From positions 3,968,001 through 4,032,000 of the forward strand of contig OZ257156.1 in NCBI GenBank assembly GCA_965279375.1: 64,000 nt of DNA, read 5' to 3'. The translations under genes were made by a program, and so were the position numbers. Shown here in pieces: positions 10,766-20,283 of the stretch (the stretch's first letter is position 1; every line of letters begins with the position of its first letter). Source of the stretch: Gemmatimonas sp. (GTDB lineage Bacteria; Gemmatimonadota; Gemmatimonadetes; Gemmatimonadales; Gemmatimonadaceae). The notes below the pieces were generated by a model that saw only the letters and a program-made list of their open reading frames with translations, was not told where the DNA came from and searched no databases.

Positions 10766-11772
10766 CGAGCGAACTGCTCCAGGAAGCGGACGTCAGAATC
10801 GTAGAGAACGCGAATGTCGTGGATGTCATAGCGCGACATCGCAATGCGCGCCGGGCCCATGCCGAAAGCCCAGCCGGTGTACTTCTCGCTATCCAGTCCG
10901 GCGGCTTCGAGCACGTTGGGATGCACCATGCCGCAGCCGAGGATCTCCACCCAGCGCAGTCCCTTGCCGTCGTTGAGGTCCACTTCGACGTCCATCTGCG
11001 CCCCCGGCTCCACGAACGGAAAGTACGACGGACCAAAGCGTACGCGGCGCGACGCTCCGTAAAAGCGGCGGGCGAATTCAGCGAGCGTCGCCTTGAGATC
11101 CACGAACGAGATGCCTTCGTCGACTGCCAAGCCTTCGAGCTGCATGAACGCCGGTGCGTGCGTCGCATCGAAGAAGTCGCGGCGATACACCTGCCCGGGC
11201 GCCAGCACGCGCACCGGCGGCTTGTAGCGCTGCAACGTGCGCACCTGCACCGGTGACGTATGCGTGCGCAACAACGTGTCGTCGCCCAGATACAACGTGT
11301 CGTGCAGCTCCATCGCCGGATGGTCGGGCGGGAAGTTGAGCGCACCGAAGTTGTACTGCTCCGTCTCCGCTTCCGGACCAAGTGCGATCGTGAAGCCTAG
11401 TTCGCGGAAGATCTCGCAGATCTCGTCGATGACGATGGTGACGGGATGCAGCGAACCGGTCCACTGCGCGCGGGCGGGCATCGTGGCGTCGAAGGCCTGC
11501 ACGCCACTGCTCGCGGCCTGCGCGGCGGCGAATCCGTCCACCGCCGATTGGATGGCGTTCTTGAGCGTGTTGAACGCGGTGCCGGCGGCGCGACGATCTT
11601 CCGCGGCCAGCGAACGCAGCGCGCCCTGCAACTCAGCGACGCGTGCGTCCTTGATCGCGTTGAGTTGCCCCTTGATGGTATCGAGGCGTGTCGAAGGATC
11701 GGCCGCGTCCATGAACGCGAGCACGTCGCGCATGAGCGCGTCAACCAGCGCTTCGTAGTCGGAGAGTAGCAC
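10762..11772 (-). CDS. pheS: Phenylalanine-tRNA ligase alpha subunit
   Basis: GSLHPV, NFGALNFPPDHPA, LLRTHTSPVQ, DATHAPAFMQLEG, SYFPFVEPG, EILGCGMVHPNV. Start approximate (GTG 11772). Confidence 0.96.
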   Translation of the reverse strand: MLLSDYEALVDALMRDVLAFMDAADPSTRLDTIKGQLNAIKDARVAELQGALRSLAAEDRRAAGTAFNTLKNAIQSAVDGFAAAQAASSGVQAFDATMPARAQWTGSLHPVTIVIDEICEIFRELGFTIALGPEAETEQYNFGALNFPPDHPAMELHDTLYLGDDTLLRTHTSPVQVRTLQRYKPPVRVLAPGQVYRRDFFDATHAPAFMQLEGLAVDEGISFVDLKATLAEFARRFYGASRRVRFGPSYFPFVEPGAQMDVEVDLNDGKGLRWVEILGCGMVHPNVLEAAGLDSEKYTGWAFGMGPARIAMSRYDIHDIRVLYDSDVRFLEQFAR

Positions 11773-11801
11773 GATGAGTAGAGACGGATGAGGCACGATA
11801 C

Positions 11802-11836
11802 GCGAGAGGCCGGCATCCATTGGATACCGGCCCCGC
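11802..11836 (-). terminator. GC-rich hairpin after rplT (possible terminator or processing stem)
   Basis: Minus strand GGCCGGTATCC-AAT-GGATGCCGGCC; no clear U-tract. Confidence 0.45.
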
Positions 11837-11859
11837 AACTTAACCCGAACGCGAGCAGA

Positions 11860-12246
11860 TTACGCGGCGGTCGTCTCGGCGGACTTCATGTTCTCGAGCG
11901 CCTTGCGGGCGAGGTCCGCGATCGCGGCGAACGCGTCCGGCTCGCGCACGGCGAGATCGGCCAGCACCTTGCGATCGACTTCGACGCCAGCGGCATGGAG
12001 GCCGCTGATGAACGCGGAGTACGACATGTCATGCGTGCGGGCAGCCGCGTTGATACGGATGATCCACAGGCGACGGAAGTCGCGCTTCTTGTTCTTGCGG
12101 TCGCGATAGGCATAGCGCCAGCCGCGCTCGACGGTCTCCTTTGCTGCCTTCCAAAGCTTGCTCCGGCCGCCAAAGGCGCCCTTCGCATGCTTCATGATCT
12201 GCTTCTTACGCTTCAGACGAACGACGTTGGATTTGACGCGAGGCAT
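11860..12246 (-). CDS. rplT: 50S ribosomal protein L20
   Basis: MPRVK...AYRDRKNKKRDFRRLWIIRINAAAR...DRKVLADLA. Confidence 0.98.
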   Translation of the reverse strand: MPRVKSNVVRLKRKKQIMKHAKGAFGGRSKLWKAAKETVERGWRYAYRDRKNKKRDFRRLWIIRINAAARTHDMSYSAFISGLHAAGVEVDRKVLADLAVREPDAFAAIADLARKALENMKSAETTAA

Positions 12247-12258
12247 GGATCGTTCTCC

Positions 12259-12456
12259 TTAGGCGACGAGAAGACGCTTGATACGCTTCACTTCGCCGTT
12301 CGTGGTTACGATCGTCGGGCGACGCAGATTGCGCTTCTTCTTCGCATCCATCTTGGTGAGGATGTGGCTCTTGTAGGCCTTCAGGCGCCGGACCTTCCCC
12401 GAACCAGTAATGGAGAAGCGCTTCTTGGCGCCGCTGTGGGTCTTCATCTTGGGCAT
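12259..12456 (-). CDS. rpmI: 50S ribosomal protein L35
   Basis: [21 protein letters not shown]...HILTK; ATG at 12456. Confidence 0.97.
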   Translation of the reverse strand: MPKMKTHSGAKKRFSITGSGKVRRLKAYKSHILTKMDAKKKRNLRRPTIVTTNGEVKRIKRLLVA

Positions 12457-12524
12457 GACACGCTCGCGGCTACGGTGAATCCGCCCCGTCGCCGGAGCGG
12501 CCCTGCTTTCGATCACGCGCCGAA

Positions 12525-13043
12525 TTACTTCGGTGCGAGAATCATCGTCATCGATTTTCCTTCCATGGTCGGTGAGCTCTCGATCTTCGCCAGATCGACC
12601 AGCTCCGCAGCCACCCGATCGACCACCTGCTTCCCCAACTCGGGATGCGCGATCTGTCTGCCGCGGAACATCAGCGTCACCTTCACCTTGTTCCCCTCTT
12701 CGAGGAAGCGCCGCGCGTGGCGGGTCTTCGTCTCGAAATCGTGATCGTCGATCCCAGGGCGGTACTTCACTTCCTTGAGATGGATCACGTGCTGCTTCTT
12801 CTTCGCGATACGAGCCTGCTTGGCCGCCTCGAACTTGAACTTCCCGTAGTCCATGATGCGGACCACCGGCGGCCGAGCTGTCGCCGCGACCTCGACGAGA
12901 TCCAGCCCCTGCTCAACCGCCTGGGCCAGTGCCACGTCGACTTCCATGATGCCGAGCTGACTGCCATCGGCCGCAATCACGCGGACGGGACTGATCCGGA
13001 TCTGCCGGTTCACCCGTGGCGGACGCTTCGTGGAATCCTGAAT
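12525..13043 (-). CDS. infC: Translation initiation factor IF-3 (ATT start)
   Basis: [45 protein letters not shown]. An in-frame ATT at 13043 is preceded by SD-like AAGGGAG at normal spacing. Confidence 0.95.
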   Translation of the reverse strand: MQDSTKRPPRVNRQIRISPVRVIAADGSQLGIMEVDVALAQAVEQGLDLVEVAATARPPVVRIMDYGKFKFEAAKQARIAKKKQHVIHLKEVKYRPGIDDHDFETKTRHARRFLEEGNKVKVTLMFRGRQIAHPELGKQVVDRVAAELVDLAKIESSPTMEGKSMTMILAPK

Positions 13044-13068
13044 ACGCCGAGCTCCCTTGGAGAGAAAC

Positions 13069-13244
13069 AAAAAAACGCGAACCCGTGAGGAGTCCGCGTC
13101 GGAACAAGCACACTGTCACCTACGCGTGGCGCACGTGGGGGGCAGTTGCCAGATCGATGGACTCCATCAGCACACCTCGGGGAATGCGCACATTCCGCGT
13201 CGAGGGCCGAAGGGTGAGGAGGGCGTCGCTGCCCTCCCGCTTGT
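13069..13244 (-). promoter_or_regulatory. L20-leader-like cis-regulatory RNA with intrinsic terminator
   Basis: Minus strand ACAAGC-GGGAGGGC..GCCCTCCT-CACC ... GGTG-ACAGTGT-GCTTGT, followed by hairpin ACGCGGACTC-CTCACG-GGTTCGCGT and a T run, upstream of infC-rpmI-rplT. Confidence 0.7.
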
Positions 13245-13269
13245 CGGGTTGTATTCCAGCCAACAGAAT

Positions 13270-13298
13270 AACGTAGAACGCTCCCACGGATACGGCAA
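13270..13298 (-). promoter_or_regulatory. Sigma70-type promoter of the infC operon
   Basis: TTGCCG-17 nt-TACGTT on the minus strand, just upstream of the leader. Confidence 0.6.
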
Positions 13299-13327
13299 GG
13301 GCCGCCCAGAATCTCGCCGCAGGGCCC

Positions 13328-14209
13328 CTAGCCCTCGGCGGCGAGGTGGTACCCCTTTCCGTCGTGTGCCACCCGTCCAAAACCGTGGTGCGCGTCGTGC
13401 TCGAAGATCAGGAGCCACTCCGCCGCGATGGCGTCGGCCAAGAGCGCGCGCTTCGACTCGAGCGTCACCAGCGGCTCCACGTCGTAGCCCATGATCCACG
13501 GCAGCGGCAGGTGATGCGACGTCGGCACCACATCGCCCAGAAAGCACGCCGTCTCCCCCTTCGATCGCAGCACCACGCTCTGATGGTGCGGCGTGTGCCC
13601 CGGCGTCGGGCGCAGCTCGATTCCCGGCAGGATCTCCGTCACGCCGCTCACCAGATCGAACCGCCCTGCGGCGAAGATGGGATCCCAGTTGTTCGGGAAG
13701 TAGCTCGCCGACGTCCGCTCGTTCGCGCGCTGCGCGTACGCGAGCTCGCCCGCCTGCACCACGTACCGCGCGTTGGGAAAGGTGGCCTTGATCTCCCCGT
13801 CCGGCGTACGCGTCGTGTTACCGCCGGCATGATCGAAGTGCAGGTGCGTGTTGATCACCAGCGTCACGTCGTCAGGGGTGAAGCCCGCCGCCCGAATGCC
13901 ATCCTCCAGCGCCGTCGGTCCCGCGCCCACCACGTTCTCGATGCCGTAGATGTCGTGGAATTTGGTCGACTCCTTGTTGCCGACGCCGGTGTCGATCAGC
14001 ACCAGTTCGTTCGGATGCTCGACCAGCAAACAGCGCATGCCCATCGGAATGCGGTTGCGCGCGTCGGCGGCCAGGCGGCGCTCCCAGAGCGTCTTGGGGA
14101 CCACGCCGAACATCGCGCCACCGTCGAGTTGCTGCCCACCGGCCTGAATGGCGTGCACGCGCCAATCGCCAACCGAGCGCGCATCATGCAGCGGAACCGG
14201 AAACGTCAT
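13328..14209 (-). CDS. MBL-fold metallohydrolase (YtnP-like)
   Basis: LDGGAMFGVVPK.LW, LIDTG, THLHFDHAGG, PGHTPHH, WIMGYD. Confidence 0.9.
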   Translation of the reverse strand: MTFPVPLHDARSVGDWRVHAIQAGGQQLDGGAMFGVVPKTLWERRLAADARNRIPMGMRCLLVEHPNELVLIDTGVGNKESTKFHDIYGIENVVGAGPTALEDGIRAAGFTPDDVTLVINTHLHFDHAGGNTTRTPDGEIKATFPNARYVVQAGELAYAQRANERTSASYFPNNWDPIFAAGRFDLVSGVTEILPGIELRPTPGHTPHHQSVVLRSKGETACFLGDVVPTSHHLPLPWIMGYDVEPLVTLESKRALLADAIAAEWLLIFEHDAHHGFGRVAHDGKGYHLAAEG

Positions 14210-15165
14210 GCGATATCGTCCTGAGAAACGGGATGCGGGAAGGCGCGCCGACGACGATCGGCAGCGGTACGCGAACGGCGCTCAGCCGGTGTATGCAGAC
14301 GGCGATCCAACTCCGGCCAACTCTCGATACCCAAGTCAGCGGCCACATCCAGCAACCGCAGCAGCACCTGCGCGGTCGCCTCGGCGTCGCCCGCGGCGCG
14401 GTGGCGCGAGGCAATCGAAATGCCGAAGTAGTTGGTGACGTGATCGAGCGACCGGCGGGAGAGCTGCGGCAGCAGTGCGCGAGTGAGACGCACCGTACAG
14501 AGCTTGGGGCCTGAGAGCTGCGTCGCCGTGCCGCGCAGCAATTCCTCGCTGACAAAGCGCCAATCGAACGACGCGTTGTGTGCCACGAACACATGTCCCG
14601 CGAGTCGTCGCCCAACCTCGGGCGCAATCTGCCGAAAGACCGGCTGATCTCGCACCATCTCCCAGCTGATCTGCGTGAGCGACGTGATGTACGGCGGAAT
14701 GGGCCGCTCAGGGTTCACGAGCTGCGAGTACACCTCGCGCACTTCGCCGCCCTGAACCTGCGCGATCGCGATTTCGGTGATGCGATCGCCATTGGCCGCA
14801 CGCGTGCCCGTCGTTTCCACGTCCACCACGGCAAACGCCACATCGCGCAGCGACGGGGCCGGTGGCGACGCGCAATTGCCCGTGTCGTCGGGCGTCGAGT
14901 ACGCGATCGCCCGATCCGGGCGCACCCAGCCGCGTAACGACCAGTGTCCCGACGGCAACTGCACGAACTCGTCGTGACTCGACAGGAGGGCGATCGCCAT
15001 GCGTTCGGCTGCGTCCTGCTGCAGCTTGGCCACCTGACAGACATCGCGCATCAGCGTAATCGCGTCGAGTGGACCGTCCGCCAGCCGTGCCGCGGCGCGC
15101 GCGGAGAGGGTGGTCGGGCGCGGCTGCAGGCGTGCTCCGAGAACGGGCGCTGGCGTGAATGGCAT
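14206..15165 (-). CDS. DEDDh 3'-5' exonuclease (DnaQ/PolC-exo family) with an N-terminal extension
   Basis: VVDVETTG, ITEIA, VAHNASFDWRF, HRAAGDAEAT. Confidence 0.88.
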   Translation of the reverse strand: MPFTPAPVLGARLQPRPTTLSARAAARLADGPLDAITLMRDVCQVAKLQQDAAERMAIALLSSHDEFVQLPSGHWSLRGWVRPDRAIAYSTPDDTGNCASPPAPSLRDVAFAVVDVETTGTRAANGDRITEIAIAQVQGGEVREVYSQLVNPERPIPPYITSLTQISWEMVRDQPVFRQIAPEVGRRLAGHVFVAHNASFDWRFVSEELLRGTATQLSGPKLCTVRLTRALLPQLSRRSLDHVTNYFGISIASRHRAAGDAEATAQVLLRLLDVAADLGIESWPELDRRLHTPAERRSRTAADRRRRAFPHPVSQDDIA

Positions 15166-15221
15166 CGGCCGCAAGATACTCCCTGCTCCGACCTAGTAAA
15201 TCGACGAGCGGTTGCCTACGT

Positions 15222-15239
15222 TTGTGAAGTATTTCACAA
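15222..15239. promoter_or_regulatory. Rex operator
   Basis: Perfect palindrome TTGTGAA-GTAT-TTCACAA matching the established Rex consensus, 13 nt upstream of the rex start. Confidence 0.88.
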
Positions 15240-15252
15240 GCTATGCCCTCTC

Positions 15253-15891
15253 GTGAAACGTATCGCCGACTCCACCGTTCGTCGCCTGTCGATGTACCTC
15301 CGCTACCTCGAGGACCTCGACACCCGCGGCACCAAAACCGCCTCAAGCGACGAGCTCGCTCACCTCTGCGGCACCACGCCGGCCCAGGTGCGCAAAGACC
15401 TGTCGTTCTTCGGCTCCTTCGGAAAGCGCGGACTCGGCTATCCGGTCCACGAGCTCACCGCGCACATTCGCGAAATCCTCGGGCTCGAGCGCGAATGGAA
15501 GGTCGTCATCGTCGGCGCCGGTAAGATCGGTGCGGCGCTCGCCAACTATCGCGGCTTCAACCAGCGCGGTTTCCAGGTGGTCGGCGTCTACGACAACAGC
15601 CCCGACAAGATCGGCAAACCGTGGGGCGCGTCGATCGTACGTGACATGGCCGACCTCGAGCGCGACGTCGAGCAAGAGGGCGCGCTGATCGCCGTCCTCG
15701 CCATCCCCTCCGACGACGCCCAGCACGTGGTCGACGCAGTCATCGGCGCCGGCATTCGCGCGATCCTCAACTTCGCGCCCACGCAGATCACCGTGCCGCC
15801 GCACGTCTCGCTCAAGTCGGTGAACATGGCGATGGAGCTGGAAGGGCTCTCGTTCGCCCTCACCAACGCCGGCAACAAGGGCGCGGCCTAA
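15253..15891 (+). CDS. rex: Redox-sensing transcriptional repressor Rex
   Basis: STVRRLSMYLR, SSDELA, QVRKDLSFFGSFGKRGLGY, GAGKIGAAL, ILNFAP; GTG start at 15253. Confidence 0.96.
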   Translation: MKRIADSTVRRLSMYLRYLEDLDTRGTKTASSDELAHLCGTTPAQVRKDLSFFGSFGKRGLGYPVHELTAHIREILGLEREWKVVIVGAGKIGAALANYRGFNQRGFQVVGVYDNSPDKIGKPWGASIVRDMADLERDVEQEGALIAVLAIPSDDAQHVVDAVIGAGIRAILNFAPTQITVPPHVSLKSVNMAMELEGLSFALTNAGNKGAA

Positions 15892-15915
15892 CGCACGGTT
15901 TCGAAGGCGCTCGGC

Positions 15916-16785
15916 CTACGCCTCGTCGCTCACCGCGTCAGGCGGCACGACCAGCGGCCGATCCGCGAGCGCCGTCACCAACCGCGCAAAATCCTCTGGC
16001 GACAGCACCTCAGGCCTCGCATCCGGCCGCAACGCACAGTGCGCGATGATCGCTTCAGCGGTGGGTGCATCCAACGCGGCAATCGTTCGCACGACGCGCA
16101 CCAGCTGCTTCCGCCGCAAACCGAACGCGGCCTGCACGAACTTCCGATACCGCGTCTCCAGTGCCTCCGATATCGCCGGATCGGGCCTTGGCACCACACG
16201 CACCACCGCCGAGTCCACCGTGGGCGGCGGATTGAACGCGCCAGGTGGTACACGGCGCACCAACTCCACGCGCGCGACCGACTGCACGTTCACGCTCAGC
16301 GCGCCATAAATCTTGTCGCCCGGTGGCGCGGCCATGCGGTCAGCCACTTCCTTCTGCACGAGATACACGGACACGTCGGCGCGCGGCCGCTCGAGCGCAT
16401 GGAAGAGAATCGGCGTGGTGATGTAGTACGGCACGTTCCCCGCCAGCACGAACGAGCCACCAGCCGCGGCGGCCAGATCTGTCTTGAGCACGTCACCTTC
16501 AATGATCGTGACGTTCGGATTCCCCGCGTAGCGCGTGCGCAGATGCGCCGCGAGATCGCGGTCCAACTCGATGGCCACCACACGCCCCGCACGCTGCACG
16601 AGAATGTCGGTGAGTGCGCCACGCCCCGGTCCGATCTCCACGACGGTGCGATCGGCGATGGGGCCGAGCGCGGACACGATCGAGTCGAGCACGTGATTGT
16701 CGCGCAGGAAGTGCTGCCCGAAGCGCTTTCTTGGCGTCGGTAGCGCATCCTTCTCGGGAGGCCGTGGCCGCTGTCGGAAGCCCAT
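15916..16785 (-). CDS. rsmA: 16S rRNA m6,2A1518/1519 dimethyltransferase
   Basis: KRFGQHFL, EIGPGRGALT, GNVPYYITTPIL, QKEVADR, FNPPPTVDSAVV. Confidence 0.96.
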   Translation of the reverse strand: MGFRQRPRPPEKDALPTPRKRFGQHFLRDNHVLDSIVSALGPIADRTVVEIGPGRGALTDILVQRAGRVVAIELDRDLAAHLRTRYAGNPNVTIIEGDVLKTDLAAAAGGSFVLAGNVPYYITTPILFHALERPRADVSVYLVQKEVADRMAAPPGDKIYGALSVNVQSVARVELVRRVPPGAFNPPPTVDSAVVRVVPRPDPAISEALETRYRKFVQAAFGLRRKQLVRVVRTIAALDAPTAEAIIAHCALRPDARPEVLSPEDFARLVTALADRPLVVPPDAVSDEA

Positions 16786-18437
16786 CAGGGCCGATCCACT
16801 ACGACGACTGCCAAATCATCGCGCAGGGTGGTGCTGCCGACGTGCGAATCCACGCGCGCGAATACGGCATTGAGGATCTGCTCCGGTGATTCACGGTGCG
16901 TCATCGATGCGAGCGTGGCCAATACCGTGGCTTCGCCGAGGCGGCGATCTGCCGAGTCACGCGCATCCGTGATGCCGTCGGTGAAGAGCACCAGACGATC
17001 GCCGTCTCGCCAGCTCATCACGCATTCGTCGATCGGTGCGTCGCTGAAGCCGATCGGCGGCGCGACCGCGTGCAAGCGCACGCACTCGCCGTCCGCCCCC
17101 AGGCGAAACGCGTGGGGATGACCGGCATTGGCGAATCGCAGTTCGTTGGCCTTGGTGTCGATCACGGCGTAGCAGAGGGACAACGACATCTCCGTGGAGC
17201 TCAATTCGTCCGCCAGCGAGCGCTGCACCGCTTCGAGCGCAATCGACGGGTCGAACGCCGCCTGCACATGAATCGCCGCCGCGCTCAATGCGAGCGCCAT
17301 CACCAGCGCGCTCCGGTATCCGTGTCCCGACACGTCGCCGATCAACACGCCCGTCCGATCGCGATCGAGTCGCGCCAACAGGAAGAAATCGCCACCGACA
17401 CTTTCCGCAGGTACGACCCGGGCAGCCGCGCGCGCCTCGGGTTCGACCACGGTCGGCTTGGCGAGCAACTTGAGCTGCAGATCATGGGCCAACCGCATTT
17501 CGCGCACGAGCTGCTGTCGCTCCACGGCCGCTCGCACGAGCGCCGCGTTATGCATCGCCGTACCGACCTGCGTGCCCACGGCGCGCGCCAGCTTGCGATC
17601 GCCCGCCGAGAAGGGCGCACCGCCCGGTCGGCCACCGAGGATGAGCACGCCGAGCGGCGTCGCGCCGCCCTGATCGAATCCTGACGGCAACGGGCGACGC
17701 GGCTGCACTGCCGGGTATGCGCCGGTCACTCCAATCCCCGAACTTGGTCGCGTAATGGCGACGGCGAGCAGCGGTCGACCGTCGGCGGCCAACACCGGAT
17801 CTGACAGCTTGACCGACGGCCCGTCTTCGGTGCAGGCGCCGGCCGTGCGAAAAGCGCGCATCGCGATGTGCGCGCTGTCGTCGAGTGACACGGGACCGTA
17901 GTCGCTGGCCTGCACACCGAGCGACGCGATAGGGCGCAGCGTGCCGTCGGTGCGATTGGTCAGCAGGAAGACGGCGCGTGACGCACCAACCGTGACGGCG
18001 AGTTCGCGCAGCAACGTGTCCGCGACCCCTTCGACCGACGTGGTGCCGCCCAGCAGTTCGCCGATGGCGTACAGGAGATTGATCTCCTCGTAGCGCTCGA
18101 CGAGCTCCGACGCGGCGCCATCGCGCTCTCGGCTGAGACGACGCACGAACGGCACGAGCCGTCCGAGCAGGCGATCGCCTTCGGGGGTGATGCCGGGCTC
18201 GACGAACAACCAGCCGACGCTCTCGCCCGTCGCCACGAGCTGCGCGTGCAGACGCTGCGTGCGCGCCCAGCTGTTCACGTCCCACGCCATCGCCCCCGCC
18301 TCCGTCAGTGCGGCGAAGGTCGCGGACGACGTGCCGATCAGCGTAGGGGTGACACTGCCATCGCGTCGTTCCCAGATCGCTGCTTCGCGCCCGGTGGCCT
18401 CGTGAAACGCGGCCATCAGCGCGGCGACTTCACTCAT
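16785..18437 (-). CDS. GAF + SpoIIE/PP2C Ser/Thr phosphatase (RsbU-like)
   Basis: GAF-like middle region; C-terminal PAESVGGDFF, IGDVSGHG, ANAGHP, LFTDGITD, DDLAVVVV. Confidence 0.9.
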   Translation of the reverse strand: MSEVAALMAAFHEATGREAAIWERRDGSVTPTLIGTSSATFAALTEAGAMAWDVNSWARTQRLHAQLVATGESVGWLFVEPGITPEGDRLLGRLVPFVRRLSRERDGAASELVERYEEINLLYAIGELLGGTTSVEGVADTLLRELAVTVGASRAVFLLTNRTDGTLRPIASLGVQASDYGPVSLDDSAHIAMRAFRTAGACTEDGPSVKLSDPVLAADGRPLLAVAITRPSSGIGVTGAYPAVQPRRPLPSGFDQGGATPLGVLILGGRPGGAPFSAGDRKLARAVGTQVGTAMHNAALVRAAVERQQLVREMRLAHDLQLKLLAKPTVVEPEARAAARVVPAESVGGDFFLLARLDRDRTGVLIGDVSGHGYRSALVMALALSAAAIHVQAAFDPSIALEAVQRSLADELSSTEMSLSLCYAVIDTKANELRFANAGHPHAFRLGADGECVRLHAVAPPIGFSDAPIDECVMSWRDGDRLVLFTDGITDARDSADRRLGEATVLATLASMTHRESPEQILNAVFARVDSHVGSTTLRDDLAVVVVDRP

Positions 18438-18901
18438 GCGCGGTTGAGACGGAGTCGAACTGTGTGTCGGTACGTTCCGTCCGTACGACAGCTCTCCACG
18501 TGATCCATCAGCTTGCGCATCAGGAAGACGCCGCGGCCGTCTTCACGCTCCAGCCAATCGGCGTCTTCCGGAGAATACTGCACCTGATCGAGGTCGAAGC
18601 CCGCGCCCTGGTCCATGACCTCGAGCAGCAGCATGTCGCTCTCCAGCACGGCGCGCACCTGCACGGCTCGGCTCGGGTCGTTGCTGTTTCCGCGCATGAT
18701 GGCGTTGGCCATCGCTTCAGTCAGGGCAAGCGGCACGTTCAGGCGGCAAAGTCGACTCGAGAAACCGGCGGACGCACACAGCTCCGACACAGCCTCGACA
18801 ATCGGCGCGATCTCGTTGATGTCCGACGCGATTGTCCAGCTGTGCCGTGGCGTAGTCATCTCATCGCGCCGTGCTGGCCGCGATCGCGTGCGCATCGCCA
18901 C
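18434..18901 (-). CDS. Anti-sigma factor / serine kinase (RsbW-like HATPase)
   Basis: ALTEAMANAIMRGN, VMDQGAGFD, GRGVFLMRKLMD. Start may be ATG 18859. Confidence 0.9.
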   Translation of the reverse strand: MAMRTRSRPARRDEMTTPRHSWTIASDINEIAPIVEAVSELCASAGFSSRLCRLNVPLALTEAMANAIMRGNSNDPSRAVQVRAVLESDMLLLEVMDQGAGFDLDQVQYSPEDADWLEREDGRGVFLMRKLMDHVESCRTDGTYRHTVRLRLNRA

Positions 18902-18904
18902 TGT

Positions 18905-19237
18905 TCACCGTCCGGCGAGCGCATCGTCGCGCGTCGCGTACAGAGGGAAGAGTGCATCGAGCCGAGTGAGTTCAAACAACGTGCGCAGGTCGTCGTTCAG
19001 TGCTGCCAGCCGCAATTCACCGCCCGCTTCACGGATGCGCTTGCCGAGTGAGACCAACGCGCCGAGTCCGGAGCTGTCGATGTACGCGGAACCGGAGAAA
19101 TCCACGACGACCAAGCGCGCGCCCTGCTCCACCTCCTCGAGCACGGCCTGCTTGAATTCCTGCCGATTGCTGACGATCAGCTGACCGTCCATCAGCACCA
19201 GCAACAGTTCATCGGTTCGCTGCAGCACAAAGCTCAT
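18905..19237 (-). CDS. STAS-domain anti-anti-sigma factor (RsbV/SpoIIAA-like)
   Basis: VVVDFSGSAYIDSSGLGALV...LFELTRLD; ATG at 19237. Confidence 0.92.
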   Translation of the reverse strand: MSFVLQRTDELLLVLMDGQLIVSNRQEFKQAVLEEVEQGARLVVVDFSGSAYIDSSGLGALVSLGKRIREAGGELRLAALNDDLRTLFELTRLDALFPLYATRDDALAGR

Positions 19238-19244
19238 GGGCGAT

Positions 19245-20270
19245 TCAAGCAAGGGTTCCTGCGGAGGTCGCGAGGCCTGACGAGCCGACCTGGAGCGCGG
19301 TGATCGCCGCAGCATGTACAATGTCATCCGACGTAGCCCCACGGGACAAGTCGGAGCAGGGCCGCGCCAGTCCCTGCAAGACGGGACCGATCGCCGTCGC
19401 CCCAGAGAGGCGCTGCACCAGCTTGTAGGCGATGTTTCCCGCATCGAGCGAGGGGAACACGAGCACATTGGCGTGTCCCGCTGCGGGCTCGCCCGGTACT
19501 TTGCGTCGCGCGATCTCCGGAATCAGTGCCGCGTCGGCCTGCACTTCGCCGCAGACCTCGAGCGACGGCGCCTCCGCGCGCACGATCGCGACCGCATCGC
19601 GCACGCGACTGATCGAGGGCCCGTCGGCGCTGCCGGCCGTGCTGTACGACAGGAACGCGACGCGCGGCTCGTCGCCGACAATGCGCTTGCGGTCGATCGC
19701 CGCCGCGAGCGCGATATCCGCGAGTTGGCGAGAGGTGGGATCCGGGATGACGGCGCAGTCTGTGAAGGTCAGCACCGATTCCGCGCCATCACCCTTGGCA
19801 GGAAAGACGAGGTAGAACGACGACGACACGGAGCGTACGCCTGGCGCCGCCCCGACGGTCCAGAGGGCCGCGCGAATGACATCCGCCGTTCGATGGACCG
19901 CCCCTGCCACGCAACCATCCGCCTCTCCCATCGCCACGAGCGCGTCGGCGAAGTAGAGCGGATCCCGTGCCAGCCGTTCCGCGTCCTCGCGGCCGAGGCC
20001 TCGACCGCCGCGTTGCTGCAGGAGGTGTGCGACCACGCGCGGTGTGCGCGGATCGAGCAGTGGATCGAGCAGTTCCACGGTGTGCGGCGGTACCACGCCA
20101 GTGGCGGCATCCGAGCGGCGAACGAGCACCGGTCGCACGGAGCCACGCGCCGTGAGCGCGATGACGGCTTCGACGACGCGAAAGTCCGTTGCTTCCGGGA
20201 ACAGAATGGTGCGCGGGATGAGTGCGGCGCGCGCATGCAGCGAGTCGAGAAAGGCGACGGATTGCGACAC
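19245..20270 (-). CDS. pta: Phosphate acetyltransferase (short form)
   Basis: [59 protein letters not shown]. Confidence 0.92.
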   Translation of the reverse strand: MSQSVAFLDSLHARAALIPRTILFPEATDFRVVEAVIALTARGSVRPVLVRRSDAATGVVPPHTVELLDPLLDPRTPRVVAHLLQQRGGRGLGREDAERLARDPLYFADALVAMGEADGCVAGAVHRTADVIRAALWTVGAAPGVRSVSSSFYLVFPAKGDGAESVLTFTDCAVIPDPTSRQLADIALAAAIDRKRIVGDEPRVAFLSYSTAGSADGPSISRVRDAVAIVRAEAPSLEVCGEVQADAALIPEIARRKVPGEPAAGHANVLVFPSLDAGNIAYKLVQRLSGATAIGPVLQGLARPCSDLSRGATSDDIVHAAAITALQVGSSGLATSAGTLA

Positions 20271-20283
20271 GGGCGCCGGCTCC

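Noticed and set aside
11773..11859. T-box or pheM-type attenuator before pheS
   Set aside because: The gap is only about 87 nt with one hairpin; no T-box motif and no Phe-rich leader.
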